A DNA stretch of 62,679 nucleotides, filler included, from Globobulimina sp. (lineage: Eukaryota): the NCBI GenBank assembly GCA_003354225.1. It is 45 parts of 45 records of this genome, joined end to end, with 100 filler letters (N's around TTAATTAATTAA, not from the genome) between each part and the next. Parts side by side here need not be neighbours in the genome. Positions count along the whole stretch, not along the records: positions 48,840 to 50,133 come from PIVH01019235.1; positions 50,234 to 51,527 come from PIVH01019236.1; positions 51,628 to 52,921 come from PIVH01019237.1; positions 53,022 to 54,315 come from PIVH01019238.1; positions 54,416 to 55,709 come from PIVH01019239.1; positions 55,810 to 57,103 come from PIVH01019240.1; positions 57,204 to 58,497 come from PIVH01019241.1; 38 more parts are not named here. The stretch is one strand, 5' to 3'. This document shows, one piece after another, positions 48,840 to 58,597 of the stretch. A model generated the notes under the pieces. It was not told the DNA's origin. It was given only the letters and a program-made list of their open reading frames with translations, and ran no database searches. Every line of letters starts with the position of its first letter. The stretch's first letter is position 1. The position numbers and the translations under genes are program-made.

Positions 48840-50133
48840 TGGCAGGGGAATTGATGGAGATTGCAGTGTCCGACAATCGTACACGGGCTACGAGAGTAAC
48901 TGGGCCTGGATTGGAGAGAAAGATCCAGACTCATTGCTTTGGACCGACCATAAACTAGAAATGAAAATAAATTTAATGTAAATTAATTTAGTACCACAAC
49001 ATATGTGATGTGAATAACTAGTTTAATAACACAGAAACGAATACGATGTTAATTGTGTTAATATTGAACTAGTCATCATCATGCACATACTGTACCAAAC
49101 TACCAATCGCATTGATATATATGTTGTGGTATGTACTGTCTTAAGATCTGGAAATTCTGTCGGACCTCTTTTCCGTGGAAGAATTATCGATTGTGAGGTG
49201 AATGATTGTACTGCTTACTTTGTCAGAATGATGGCCGATGGTTATCAGTTTGCAAAGCTTGATGATACATACAATGCACTGTATAATCATTCGATGGGAG
49301 CAGGAGCACATTCATTGGGTACACCGTATTTATTACGTGTTGAATGTGTTGGAAATACATTCAAAATTTATGAAGACAATAAATATTTATTTACTTACTC
49401 AGATGCTAGTTATGGCGTTGGATCTGTTGGCATTTTGACTTCTATGACTGATGCCAGAATATCTAAAGTGCGTATTACGTTTCCTCAGAATCAACAAAGG
49501 TACACTACCAATCCATCAATGGAACCCACATTTGAACCTACATTTGTACCGACATTGGAACCAACGCAATCAACATTCGACCCCACATTTATGCCTACGT
49601 CAGTACCATCAATACAAACCAAAGCACCAACTATTTTCCCACCTACTATTTTCCCAACAACATTGTCTACAAAATCACCAACAAATTTCCCAACAAAATC
49701 ACCAACATTCGGAGAACAAGAACAAGAACAAAGAGAAACAACAATATATTCCACAGGGAATGATTATGAAAATCAAAAAGGTAGTAATTATGGTCTCTAT
49801 ATTGCAGTGATTATAATCGTTATATGTTTTGTTTTTGGTGTTGCTGCATTATGTTTTTATAAATGTTGGACGAAAAAACAAATAAATATTTCAATGATTT
49901 TAAAGGATCGTGTTTCGAGTATGAGTGATGTCGAAATAGTAAATGTAAAAAATAGCGGAGATGATGACGTTGTTATGGCGGAGATTAACGATACTTTTGG
50001 AGGTAATGATGATAATGATTTGGTGGAAACGATTAATAAAACACATATGGGAATGATTAATGATATAAATGTCGAGATTGCAGATGCTATACTAACAGGT
50101 GGCGGTAATGGTGATGGAGTTGCTGTGGACAAT
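48840..50133 (+). CDS. Type I surface protein with ConA/DUF1080-like domain, PT repeats and TM, intron ~48978..49146
   Basis: W.D..LEM, GPLFR, LRVEC.GN.F..Y, G.VG; PT.xPT repeats; TM. Confidence 0.7.
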
Positions 50134-50233
50134 NNNNNNNNNNNNNNNNNNNNNNNNNNNNNNNNNNNNNNNNNNNNTTAATTAATTAANNNNNNNNNNN
50201 NNNNNNNNNNNNNNNNNNNNNNNNNNNNNNNNN

Positions 50234-50819
50234 TAGATATCAATTCAAAATAGTTAAGTCCGCTTGCATCAACTCCGTTCGATCCAATATTAATTTCTCC
50301 TTTTTCTACATTAAAAGAAGTTAAATCTCCATCATTTACGATAGGAATTCCGGTTGATAATATGGCTCTTGGAGTATTTATAAATCCACATCCGTCACAA
50401 ATTATGCCATTTGGATTTGCTAAAATATAATCCGCAGAAGATCCAAAAATTTCTGTTGTCCCAAGAATATCAGATTTATTTGTGGATGTAACTTCGTTCA
50501 AAATTATGCTAGCATTATTGTTCAAATTGCTATTTGCATCAACAAAACCGCCAATTACAGACTCACCAGAATTCAAAGAATTATTCAAAATAATCCCATT
50601 ATTTCTAACATTAAAATTACTAAATTTATTATGCGAAAGCCCTCGAGAGTTAGGGTCAGTAATGTTTACAAGATCAACACCACTTGCAGTTTGGGAAATA
50701 TTTGCTTGATTATTTAGAGGTGCAGAACTGTCAACAGCAAGCTGTGCCTTCAAAAATAAAGGATTTACAGAAATAAATATCAAAACAGAAATGATGAATA
50801 AACTTATTTTTTTTAGCAT
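50234..50819 (-). CDS. Bacterial filamentous haemagglutinin / two-partner secretion (TPS) exoprotein, N-terminal domain
   Basis: Signal peptide; VNI..P...GLSHNKF..FNV...G.ILNN; ILNEV; ILANPNGI.C.GCGFINTPR..L.TG. Confidence 0.93.
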
Positions 50820-50861
50820 GTAATTTTTAAAATTCGTTTTATAGTAGTTTTGCTTTTTATT

Positions 50862-50940
50862 TAGGCTAGGCAGACAAGGCGAGATTCGCAGAGCCTAGTT
50901 AAACCTAGGTAAGCAAATCGAGATTGTAGTCTAACGACGC
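50862..50940. repeat. Nested palindromic element (RPE/REP-like) upstream of the TPS gene
   Basis: AGAC..GATTCGC..GCCTAG-TTAAAC-CTAGGT..GCAAATC..GTCT nested stems; GC-rich patch in AT-rich DNA. Confidence 0.45.
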
Positions 50941-51333
50941 GTAAATAAAAATGAAAATAACTATAAACATCAATCTGGGAGCCAGATAATCTAACATATT
51001 TTTTGATGGAGGTAAAGCAAATTGTTTGAATATTTGATTTGGGATTCATTATTATATCATTTTTTTTCAACCCAAAGGACACCCCCAAATTTTATCTATT
51101 AACTACACAAAATATTTTGCCAATATATAAATATAAACTGCTATATTTTATTGGTTTCTAAATAAAATTTGATTGATGCAATTGTAACATTATTTAGTCA
51201 AGTCACTATAAGTTAATGAAAATGTATCTAAAAATACTCTAAGTTTCTTTAATTAAATTACTCGCCTGCAGGTTGAGCGAAACAACCTATATTCTAAGAA
51301 TATAAACACTTTCATTATTTTTCAAAAAACATA

Positions 51334-51362
51334 TTGACAACCACAAGTTGATCTGATATCAT
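51334..51362 (+). promoter_or_regulatory. Sigma70-type promoter
   Basis: TTGACA-N17-TATCAT with an extended TGn element. Confidence 0.65.
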
Positions 51363-51368
51363 CCATTT

Positions 51369-51427
51369 TCTCACTGTCTTCTTCTTGTTATTATTTTAGT
51401 CTGGGATAGAGATGCAGGGCAGTGAGA
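51369..51427 (+). ncRNA. Candidate small hairpin RNA transcribed from the sigma70 promoter
   Basis: TCTCACTGTC pairs with GGCAGTGAGA; begins 7 nt after the -10 box. Confidence 0.35.
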
Positions 51428-51472
51428 CCAAAGATATTTTTAATTAATCCTTCAAAAATCCAAGTTCAAAGA

Positions 51473-51517
51473 CTTCTAAGCAGTAGGTCAGAGGTTCAAA
51501 TCCTCTAGGACGCGCCA
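51473..51517 (+). tRNA. 3' half of tRNA-Arg(TCT), att-site-like fragment rather than an intact gene
   Basis: CTTCTAA loop, GCAGT-AGGTC, T-arm AGAGG-TTCAAAT-CCTCT, ends GCGCCA; no D-arm or 5' acceptor strand upstream. Confidence 0.8.
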
Positions 51518-51627
51518 TAAAAATCAANNNNNNNNNNNNNNNNNNNNNNNNNNNNNNNNNNNNNNNNNNNNTTAATTAATTAANNNNNNNNNNNNNNNNN
51601 NNNNNNNNNNNNNNNNNNNNNNNNNNN

Positions 51628-52240
51628 ATTTCCCAATGATTCCAAATGGTAATTTGTGTGTAGTTAATGTGGATATCTTTGGATTGTGTATATGTATTAC
51701 TGGTTTTCTTTCATCTCTTTCATTTTTACTCCTTTGATCGTATCGAATTTGTTTTGCATCAAATCTTTGATTATAAATACCAAATCCATCTGGATGTTTG
51801 TTAAAAACCCATAAAAGTACATCCTGGACAGGTTCAGTACAGTCATCCGGCGCAATCACATTCATTCCTGTTATCATAAATTGTTCTTCATTTGTTTGTG
51901 CCACATAATTGCTTCCAATATGATTTTTTGTGGATAATTTTATTAAAACATCAAATTCTGTGATATTACCACGGGAACAAAAAATTGGATAACGATATTT
52001 TTTAAATATATTTCCAACTTTATAATAATTAGTCTCTTCACATGATTTATAATCAATCATTGTTTCATCTAAACTTAATTCGAAATCATATAATATAAAT
52101 TGTGCAATGATGCAAGAGATATCTTTGTGAAATGGTGTTGTTGCAGTGATTGATGATTCAATTTCATACAAACTATATTCAATTGGTTCTGCTTTATCAA
52201 TATTAAACTCCATATCTTCTGTTAATTCAACATTCTTCAT
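51628..52240 (-). CDS. Hypothetical protein, 3'-truncated
   Basis: ATG-initiated frame of more than 200 codons, open to the contig end. Confidence 0.6.
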
Positions 52241-52478
52241 TTTTTTTTATATCAAACTTTACCAACAAAATGCAAATAAAGGGGTATTATGTTGGACGTC
52301 GAAGGAAAAAAAATGAAACAAAGTTTTAGCAACAAAACGTCAGTATAAAATCCAAAGATAGCAAACGATTCAAATAAAAATTATATATAATATCAGCACT
52401 GTGTTGTGTGCGTTGTTCTCTTTAATGTTCTGTGTGATATCAGATCAGTTCACGACCTGATGAGAAAAACGAAAGATA

Positions 52479-52921
52479 TTAAACATTTGAAACACTATGA
52501 ATGTCATTCTCATAATCATGCGGTGAGCCTGGTGACTGCTTAAATGTGAATATATTGATGATTAGGAATGATGCGTTCATATAAAGTATTTCGTCCTCAT
52601 CAGGAAAGTTAGACAACCATGAAACTCTTAATCCTCTTCTTGTAATAGGCAATGGGGACAATTCCAATATGTGACCATCCAAACCAGCAAATTGCTTACC
52701 AATATCAAACATTGTGGTGGTTGATAATGGACCGTAATATACACAATGAAACAATGACATGATCGATGCTTTGCTGTCTCTGTTAACTCCATAAAATAGT
52801 CTCTCTGTTATTACATCTTGCGACAAATCGCAGGCTGCCTCCAATAGCTTATTCCAATGAAAGAACTGTGTTTGCCGCGCAAACCTTTCCTGAATCATTT
52901 CATAACATTTCTTGAACTCTC
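52479..52921 (-). CDS. ADP-ribosyltransferase-like (R-S-E clade) C-terminal domain, 5'-truncated
   Basis: LFYG, GPLSTT, F...G.ILEL, VSWLSNFPDEDEILY. Confidence 0.7.
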
Positions 52922-53021
52922 NNNNNNNNNNNNNNNNNNNNNNNNNNNNNNNNNNNNNNNNNNNNTTAATTAATTAANNNNNNNNNNNNNNNNNNNNNNN
53001 NNNNNNNNNNNNNNNNNNNNN

Positions 53022-53648
53022 TTCGATGAAGTGTGGTCAATTTGGTTTGTTGATGAAAATACCGGATATACTACGTGACAATCTGATTGATATTGCCAGA
53101 TTATGAAAACCGTGAATGCCGGTAATAACTGGATAGAAGTTTTACCGACTGGTCAGTTTCAGCTAGGCCTTAGTGTTTATTTCCCAAATTACAATACAGG
53201 ATGTGTTGTTACCGAAGAAGGCGAAATTATAAAAACTGTAGACGCCGGGAACACATGGAGTTCTGAACCATCAGGTGTTAGCTCAGAGCTTAAATCAGTA
53301 TATTTTCCAAGCAACGATATTGGATATATAGTTGGTAATAATGGTGTAATACTTAAGTTTGATGGCTCCACAGGAGTTGATAACCCTTTATTAACACAAA
53401 AGAAAAAGGCTATCATATATCCCAATCCTTTTGAAACAAAAGCTGTCTTCAAAATTGATGATGATGTATTAATGGTCAATGCCGAATTAAGTATTTATGA
53501 TTCATTTGGTAAAGAAGTCCGCAAAATCATTAATATTGGCAGTAATGAAATTGAGATAAGTAATAATGGACTGAAGAGTGGTTTGTACTTTTACAGTTTG
53601 TCAGAAAACAATAATATAATCAATAACGGTAAATTCATTATCAAATAA
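53022..53648 (+). CDS. Bacteroidota BNR/YCF48-repeat protein with T9SS C-terminal sorting domain (two in-frame TGA near the 5' end)
   Basis: SVYF....G.VV...G.I.KT.DAG.TW repeats; IYPNPF, IYD..GKEV, L.SGLYFY, GKFIIK*. Confidence 0.85.
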
Positions 53649-53803
53649 TTTAGCCAAACTTATTTAATAAATAGCCCATTTGTACAAGTCTATCCAAATG
53701 CACATCAGCTCTTTGACTGAACTTGGAAGACGTGTATTAATATACTTATGCCATAATTATATATATTTACAAATCAATTTACATTCTAATTAATTTTTAT
53801 CTC

Positions 53804-54315
53804 ATGAAAACAAAAATTACACTTATTGCGTTTCTGGTTGTCATTTTTGCATTTACAGGAATGGCACAAAAAAATGATGTTGGCGAAGCAAAACAAGCAA
53901 TCAAAGATTTTAAGGAAACAAATGCCAAGATCAACAAGTTCTTTAATACTGCTTATGGATATGCTGTATTTCCTGGTATTGGAAAAGGCGGTCTTGGTGT
54001 AGGTGGTGCCGGTGGTAAAGGTACTGTTTTCAAGGGAGGGGCTCCTGTTGCTGATACAAAAATGTCACAGGTTACTATCGGATTTCAGGCCGGAGGACAA
54101 AAGTATGCTGAAGTTATATTCTTTGAAAATGCAGAAGCATATGAACGTTTCGTAGGGAACAAATTTGAATTCGCGGCCCAGGTATCTGCTATAGCTTTAA
54201 CCGCAGGAGTGTCATTAGATGCTGAGTACACTGATGGTATGTTGGTGATTACCATGGGAATAGGTGGTTTGATGTATGAGGCATCTGTCGGCGGCCAGAA
54301 GTTTAAGACAGACAT
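53804..54315 (+). CDS. Lipid-binding SYLF / YSC84-related secreted protein (bacterial)
   Basis: Signal peptide; GYAVFPGIGKGGLGVGGAGGKG, IGFQAGGQ, GGLMYEASVGGQKF. Confidence 0.9.
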
Positions 54316-54415
54316 NNNNNNNNNNNNNNNNNNNNNNNNNNNNNNNNNNNNNNNNNNNNTTAATTAATTAANNNNNNNNNNNNNNNNNNNNNNNNNNNNN
54401 NNNNNNNNNNNNNNN

Positions 54416-55423
54416 TTGCTTATTGTTGCTGGAATAGTTATATATAATGCAACCAAATGGAATGGAACTTGGTGGGTTGTTGTTGTCGGCGGCTGTATTT
54501 TTTTGAGTGTTGCCAACAATAAGCTGAAGGCGGTACAATTCAAACGCAACACAGGTCTCAATGGCGTACATTTTGGGAATTATGATCCTCGCAAAGACTC
54601 TACTGTTTGCATTCTAAGCTTCCATCATAAATTTGTCACTGCTCAACCAACTGCGAACATTGTATGCAATGCTAGCGACAGGTTACAACGGCAGACTTTT
54701 AAAAGCATTCCCGTCGCACCGCTATCAGTATCAGGTGGCAATAGGATTTTGTTACAGACCTTTGATGGTAAATATATCTCAGCGTTGCCAAGTGGTACAT
54801 TAGAGAGTAAGACTGAGATAGCAAAGGAATGGGAGCAGTTTGACGTTGTCAAGAAAGCAAATGGGAGATTTACATTTGAATCATATCATAATAAATATAT
54901 ATCCTGTTCGAAAGGTGGGGAGATGGCGGTTAATAAAATCATTGCAGCAGAATGGGAACAGTTTTATGTGTCGGATATTAATTATAACAGTGCTGACTGT
55001 GCGGTAGCATATGATCCGAATATGCAATGTAAGATTGCGTTGTATGGACATCATACGAAATATTTATGTGCGGAACCTGCGTCAAGTGGATATAATGTGG
55101 TTTGTGATAGAAGTGAGCGCAGAGAATGGGAACTGTTTACGTCAATACCTGTGCGTCAAATGAATGCACAGAAAGGGAATAACAAAGTTGGTTTGTTATC
55201 GCATCATGGAAAGTATTTATCTGCGCAGCCGGATGGCAGATTGGAGGGAAATAGAGAGGCGTTACTTGAGTGGGGAGAATTTACCGTGGAACAACAAGGT
55301 GGGAAATTTGCATTTAAATCATGTCATGGGAAATATTTATCTGCGCAGCAAGATGGACGAATTGAGATAAATAGGGATGCTCTACTTGAATGGGAATTAT
55401 TTTCCGTAACAACAGTACCATGA
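54416..55423 (+). CDS. Fascin/hisactophilin-like double beta-trefoil protein with N-terminal hydrophobic segments
   Basis: Repeated HGKYLSA..DG....NR.....WE.F units. Confidence 0.85.
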   Translation: MLIVAGIVIYNATKWNGTWWVVVVGGCIFLSVANNKLKAVQFKRNTGLNGVHFGNYDPRKDSTVCILSFHHKFVTAQPTANIVCNASDRLQRQTFKSIPVAPLSVSGGNRILLQTFDGKYISALPSGTLESKTEIAKEWEQFDVVKKANGRFTFESYHNKYISCSKGGEMAVNKIIAAEWEQFYVSDINYNSADCAVAYDPNMQCKIALYGHHTKYLCAEPASSGYNVVCDRSERREWELFTSIPVRQMNAQKGNNKVGLLSHHGKYLSAQPDGRLEGNREALLEWGEFTVEQQGGKFAFKSCHGKYLSAQQDGRIEINRDALLEWELFSVTTVP

Positions 55424-55580
55424 CATTTTGCTCACTGACACCTAAACACTTTTTTTATTTGCTTGTATTTTGGTTTGTGTTGTATCATGACAGAAGACAA
55501 AGCGTATATAACACCATTGAAATAGCACCATTGCTCGACATTAGACATATTTATTGTTCGCTTCAAAGTTTTCAAAATTC

Positions 55581-55680
55581 CTACGTACAAAATTCAATCG
55601 GGACGTAAATCGATTCAGTTCCAGGCTCACAGATTGCTTGAAAAAGCCCTGTGAGGTAGGAACCGCACTGTACAGATTCA
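55581..55680 (+). ncRNA. Candidate structured RNA (GAAA-capped long hairpin in a multibranch fold)
   Basis: GTTCC/GGAAC, CTCACAG/CTGTGAG, GCTT-GAAA-AAGC, AATCG/CGATT, GTACA/TGTAC. Confidence 0.35.
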
Positions 55681-55809
55681 GAGCATCTCTCTTTTTCGAA
55701 ACAAAATTGNNNNNNNNNNNNNNNNNNNNNNNNNNNNNNNNNNNNNNNNNNNNTTAATTAATTAANNNNNNNNNNNNNNNNNNNNNNNNNNNNNNNNNNN
55801 NNNNNNNNN

Positions 55810-57069
55810 CAAATTGAACCAAATAAATGCGATGAGGTTTGGTTCGAAGATGATCATTTTATGACTGTGGTGGCGGACGAAACCAGCGCTTTTACTGCAG
55901 GCGAAACGGACGGATTATTCACTGTTTTTGTGGTGTGGGGCGTGTCCGGTGTGGACAGAGCGGGTACTTCGAAATGGGACTCTACCGATTACGGCGTGGT
56001 GCAATGGGATGACACCTTTGATATTAGCAGCGTTGAGGCACAATTGTTTATACGTGACACATGTAACGACTTGAAAGATAGTCCACTATCGTTTTCTGAC
56101 GAAGTGGTTGTTTGTTTTACAGATTATTTTGAAGCCTATTTATCCTCTAAAAATATGACCTTTCCTGTGTCTGTCAGTGATGACGCTGCAGAGCAGAAAT
56201 TATTATTTGCTGAAATAATGTATGAATTTTTACATTACAGCGACTATGGAGGATATATACGTGACTATGGACTGGCTTATGTGGAAGAAGAGGGAAACGG
56301 TGCTTATTCGCTTAAATTTGTCGCGATTCAGCTCTTTTCAGACGTTTCTTGGGATGCACCAAATGATGTTGTCGTGGCGGAATTTGATGCCTGGAATGCA
56401 TGGTTGGAGCAAGTGAAGGAAAGTTGCGGTGGCGAGGAGGGATACTGTTCACCGTACCATGTGACGTGGGCCTGGGCGGATTTTGTAGTGCGAGATGCCT
56501 TTGTTTCGTCTGCTGTGCAAGGCGTAGTTATCGCAATGCCGTTGGCTTTGATAGTATTATTAATTTCGACGCAAAATTGGATAATATCTGTATTTGCAGT
56601 GCTGGATATTATTGGTATTATGTTGTGTGAATTAGGGTTAATGTGGGCAATGGGTTGGCAATTTGGAATATCTGAAGCCATTTCGACAGTGATGATTATT
56701 GGTTTTAGTGTTGATTATGTGGTGCATTTAGCGAATGCGTATTTAGAATGTAGTGACGAATTTGATTTAAGAAAGGACCGCTTACGATTTTCATTGTTGA
56801 CTATGGGTATTTCTGTTTGCAGCGGTGCGATAACGACGTTTTCTGCTGGCTTTTTCTTAATGTTTCCAGTTATTGTGTTCTTTTCGAAAATGGGGATTTT
56901 GATGATGTCGACGATTGCATTTTCCATTGTTTTTGCCATGTTTTTTTTTACTGCGTTATTAGCACAGTTTGGACCGCAATATGACAGTGGAAATATATGT
57001 TGTTGTTTCAAGAAGAAGACGAAGGAGAATAATAATGATATAAATGATGGTGATATTGAAATGCAATAA
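55810..57069 (+). CDS. Dispatched/Patched-family RND transporter, C-terminal half
   Basis: TM bundle with IGFSVDYVVHLANAY, MG.SV.SGAITT, FF.KMG, FGP. Confidence 0.9.
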   Translation, partial: QIEPNKCDEVWFEDDHFMTVVADETSAFTAGETDGLFTVFVVWGVSGVDRAGTSKWDSTDYGVVQWDDTFDISSVEAQLFIRDTCNDLKDSPLSFSDEVVVCFTDYFEAYLSSKNMTFPVSVSDDAAEQKLLFAEIMYEFLHYSDYGGYIRDYGLAYVEEEGNGAYSLKFVAIQLFSDVSWDAPNDVVVAEFDAWNAWLEQVKESCGGEEGYCSPYHVTWAWADFVVRDAFVSSAVQGVVIAMPLALIVLLISTQNWIISVFAVLDIIGIMLCELGLMWAMGWQFGISEAISTVMIIGFSVDYVVHLANAYLECSDEFDLRKDRLRFSLLTMGISVCSGAITTFSAGFFLMFPVIVFFSKMGILMMSTIAFSIVFAMFFFTALLAQFGPQYDSGNICCCFKKKTKENNNDINDGDIEMQ

Positions 57070-57502
57070 TTACTGATGAATAATTGTTTGTTTGTTTATG
57101 AAANNNNNNNNNNNNNNNNNNNNNNNNNNNNNNNNNNNNNNNNNNNNTTAATTAATTAANNNNNNNNNNNNNNNNNNNNNNNNNNNNNNNNNNNNNNNNN
57201 NNNTAGTCACATTGAGTCTCCATTGCGCCACAGTTGAAGCCGGACGCTTTGCTGAGTAATGCAAATTACTTTGTTGCTTCTCTTCTATCTCTGTACTTAT
57301 TTTGCTGCACAGAGCCGTATTCACAGAGCCGTGTATATGGTGGCTTCCTGACGTTATTTGGGGTTTTCGACAGAGTACACATTTCTATTGAGTCGGTTGA
57401 GAGTTTGAGTTTAATTAGTTACTTTACTTGAAGTGGAAACTTTTTTTTCTTTTTGAATCTTTCTTTCTTAATTTTTATACAAAATATACATCATCGATCA
57501 TT

Positions 57503-58030
57503 TTATAAATCTTGTTTTGTTTCGTGATCAGATTGTTTTTTAAACCACGCTAAGAAATCATTGTCGTGGTCACATGTATACATCCAATGAGATATGAATC
57601 CATCGTCATTGATCCTGGCAGTTCCGAATGGTTTCCATTTGTACATTGCGCCATTATTATGGGTAAACAAATAGTGTGCACTGAATATGATGGAATGAGG
57701 AGACCAAAACAAAAGAGTTAAGCTTGAATCCAATGCCTGGTAAGAAAAATAAAAAAAATATACCATATCGACCAGTTCTCGTAATCCATGGTGGCATCCT
57801 TCAAAATTACAATCCATCAAATCTTGACTGAATACATCCAATAAAATGTTATACATTGTTGTTGTATCATTTATTGAGTTTATTTGAGGAGGGATAGTGC
57901 TTAAAACCGACGCCACATAATCTAAAGATATTTGAGTTGATTCTCGAGTGCTCCAATCTTGTTTGAATGCAGTGCTATCACTACAATGAGATGATAATAA
58001 CACCACGAAGCAAATCCAAAAAGTTCTCAT
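57503..58030 (-). CDS. Secreted/ER NTF2/SnoaL-like protein with KDEL-like end (KQDL)
   Basis: Signal peptide MRTFWICFVVLL; FS.D....; RINDDG.I; C-terminal KQDL. Confidence 0.5.
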   Translation of the reverse strand: MRTFWICFVVLLSSHCSDSTAFKQDWSTRESTQISLDYVASVLSTIPPQINSINDTTTMYNILLDVFSQDLMDCNFEGCHHGLRELVDMVYFFYFSYQALDSSLTLLFWSPHSIIFSAHYLFTHNNGAMYKWKPFGTARINDDGFISHWMYTCDHDNDFLAWFKKQSDHETKQDL

Positions 58031-58597
58031 TTCTTGTACTATAAATTGAACCACTATTGATGTACTAGTCGAGTCAACAAAACTATTTTTTTCAAAAAAC
58101 AAAAGAATTAAAGAATTAAACAATGCACAGTGTTGTTTGTTGTTGTGTTGTTGGTTTTAAAAAATAAATTTTATATATGTTTGATTCATGAGTCTTTTAC
58201 GAATAACATCATTGGTTTTCTCTGATCATCGTCGGATCACCATTTCCCCATCCTGGGAGCAACTGCACCAACACTTCTATCTTTGCAGAGACGAATCTGA
58301 ACATATTATCACATATCCATTTCCATACAGCTGGAATCTTTGGATTATATTGCTATCACTGCGAAGCTCACAGAACATGGATCGTATGATAATTGACGAG
58401 TTAATGTCCGATTACTTGCATAAAAATGATGCACATTCGGTTCCAAAGTATGTGCGCGATATTTTCAAAGCTTTCGTTGATAACAAACACGAAATCANNN
58501 NNNNNNNNNNNNNNNNNNNNNNNNNNNNNNNNNNNNNNNNNTTAATTAATTAANNNNNNNNNNNNNNNNNNNNNNNNNNNNNNNNNNNNNNNNNNNN

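Noticed and set aside
50234-54315. TPS exoprotein, ART and T9SS cargo as one toxin system
   Set aside because: They lie on three separate contigs of apparently different origin; the adjacency comes from length sorting
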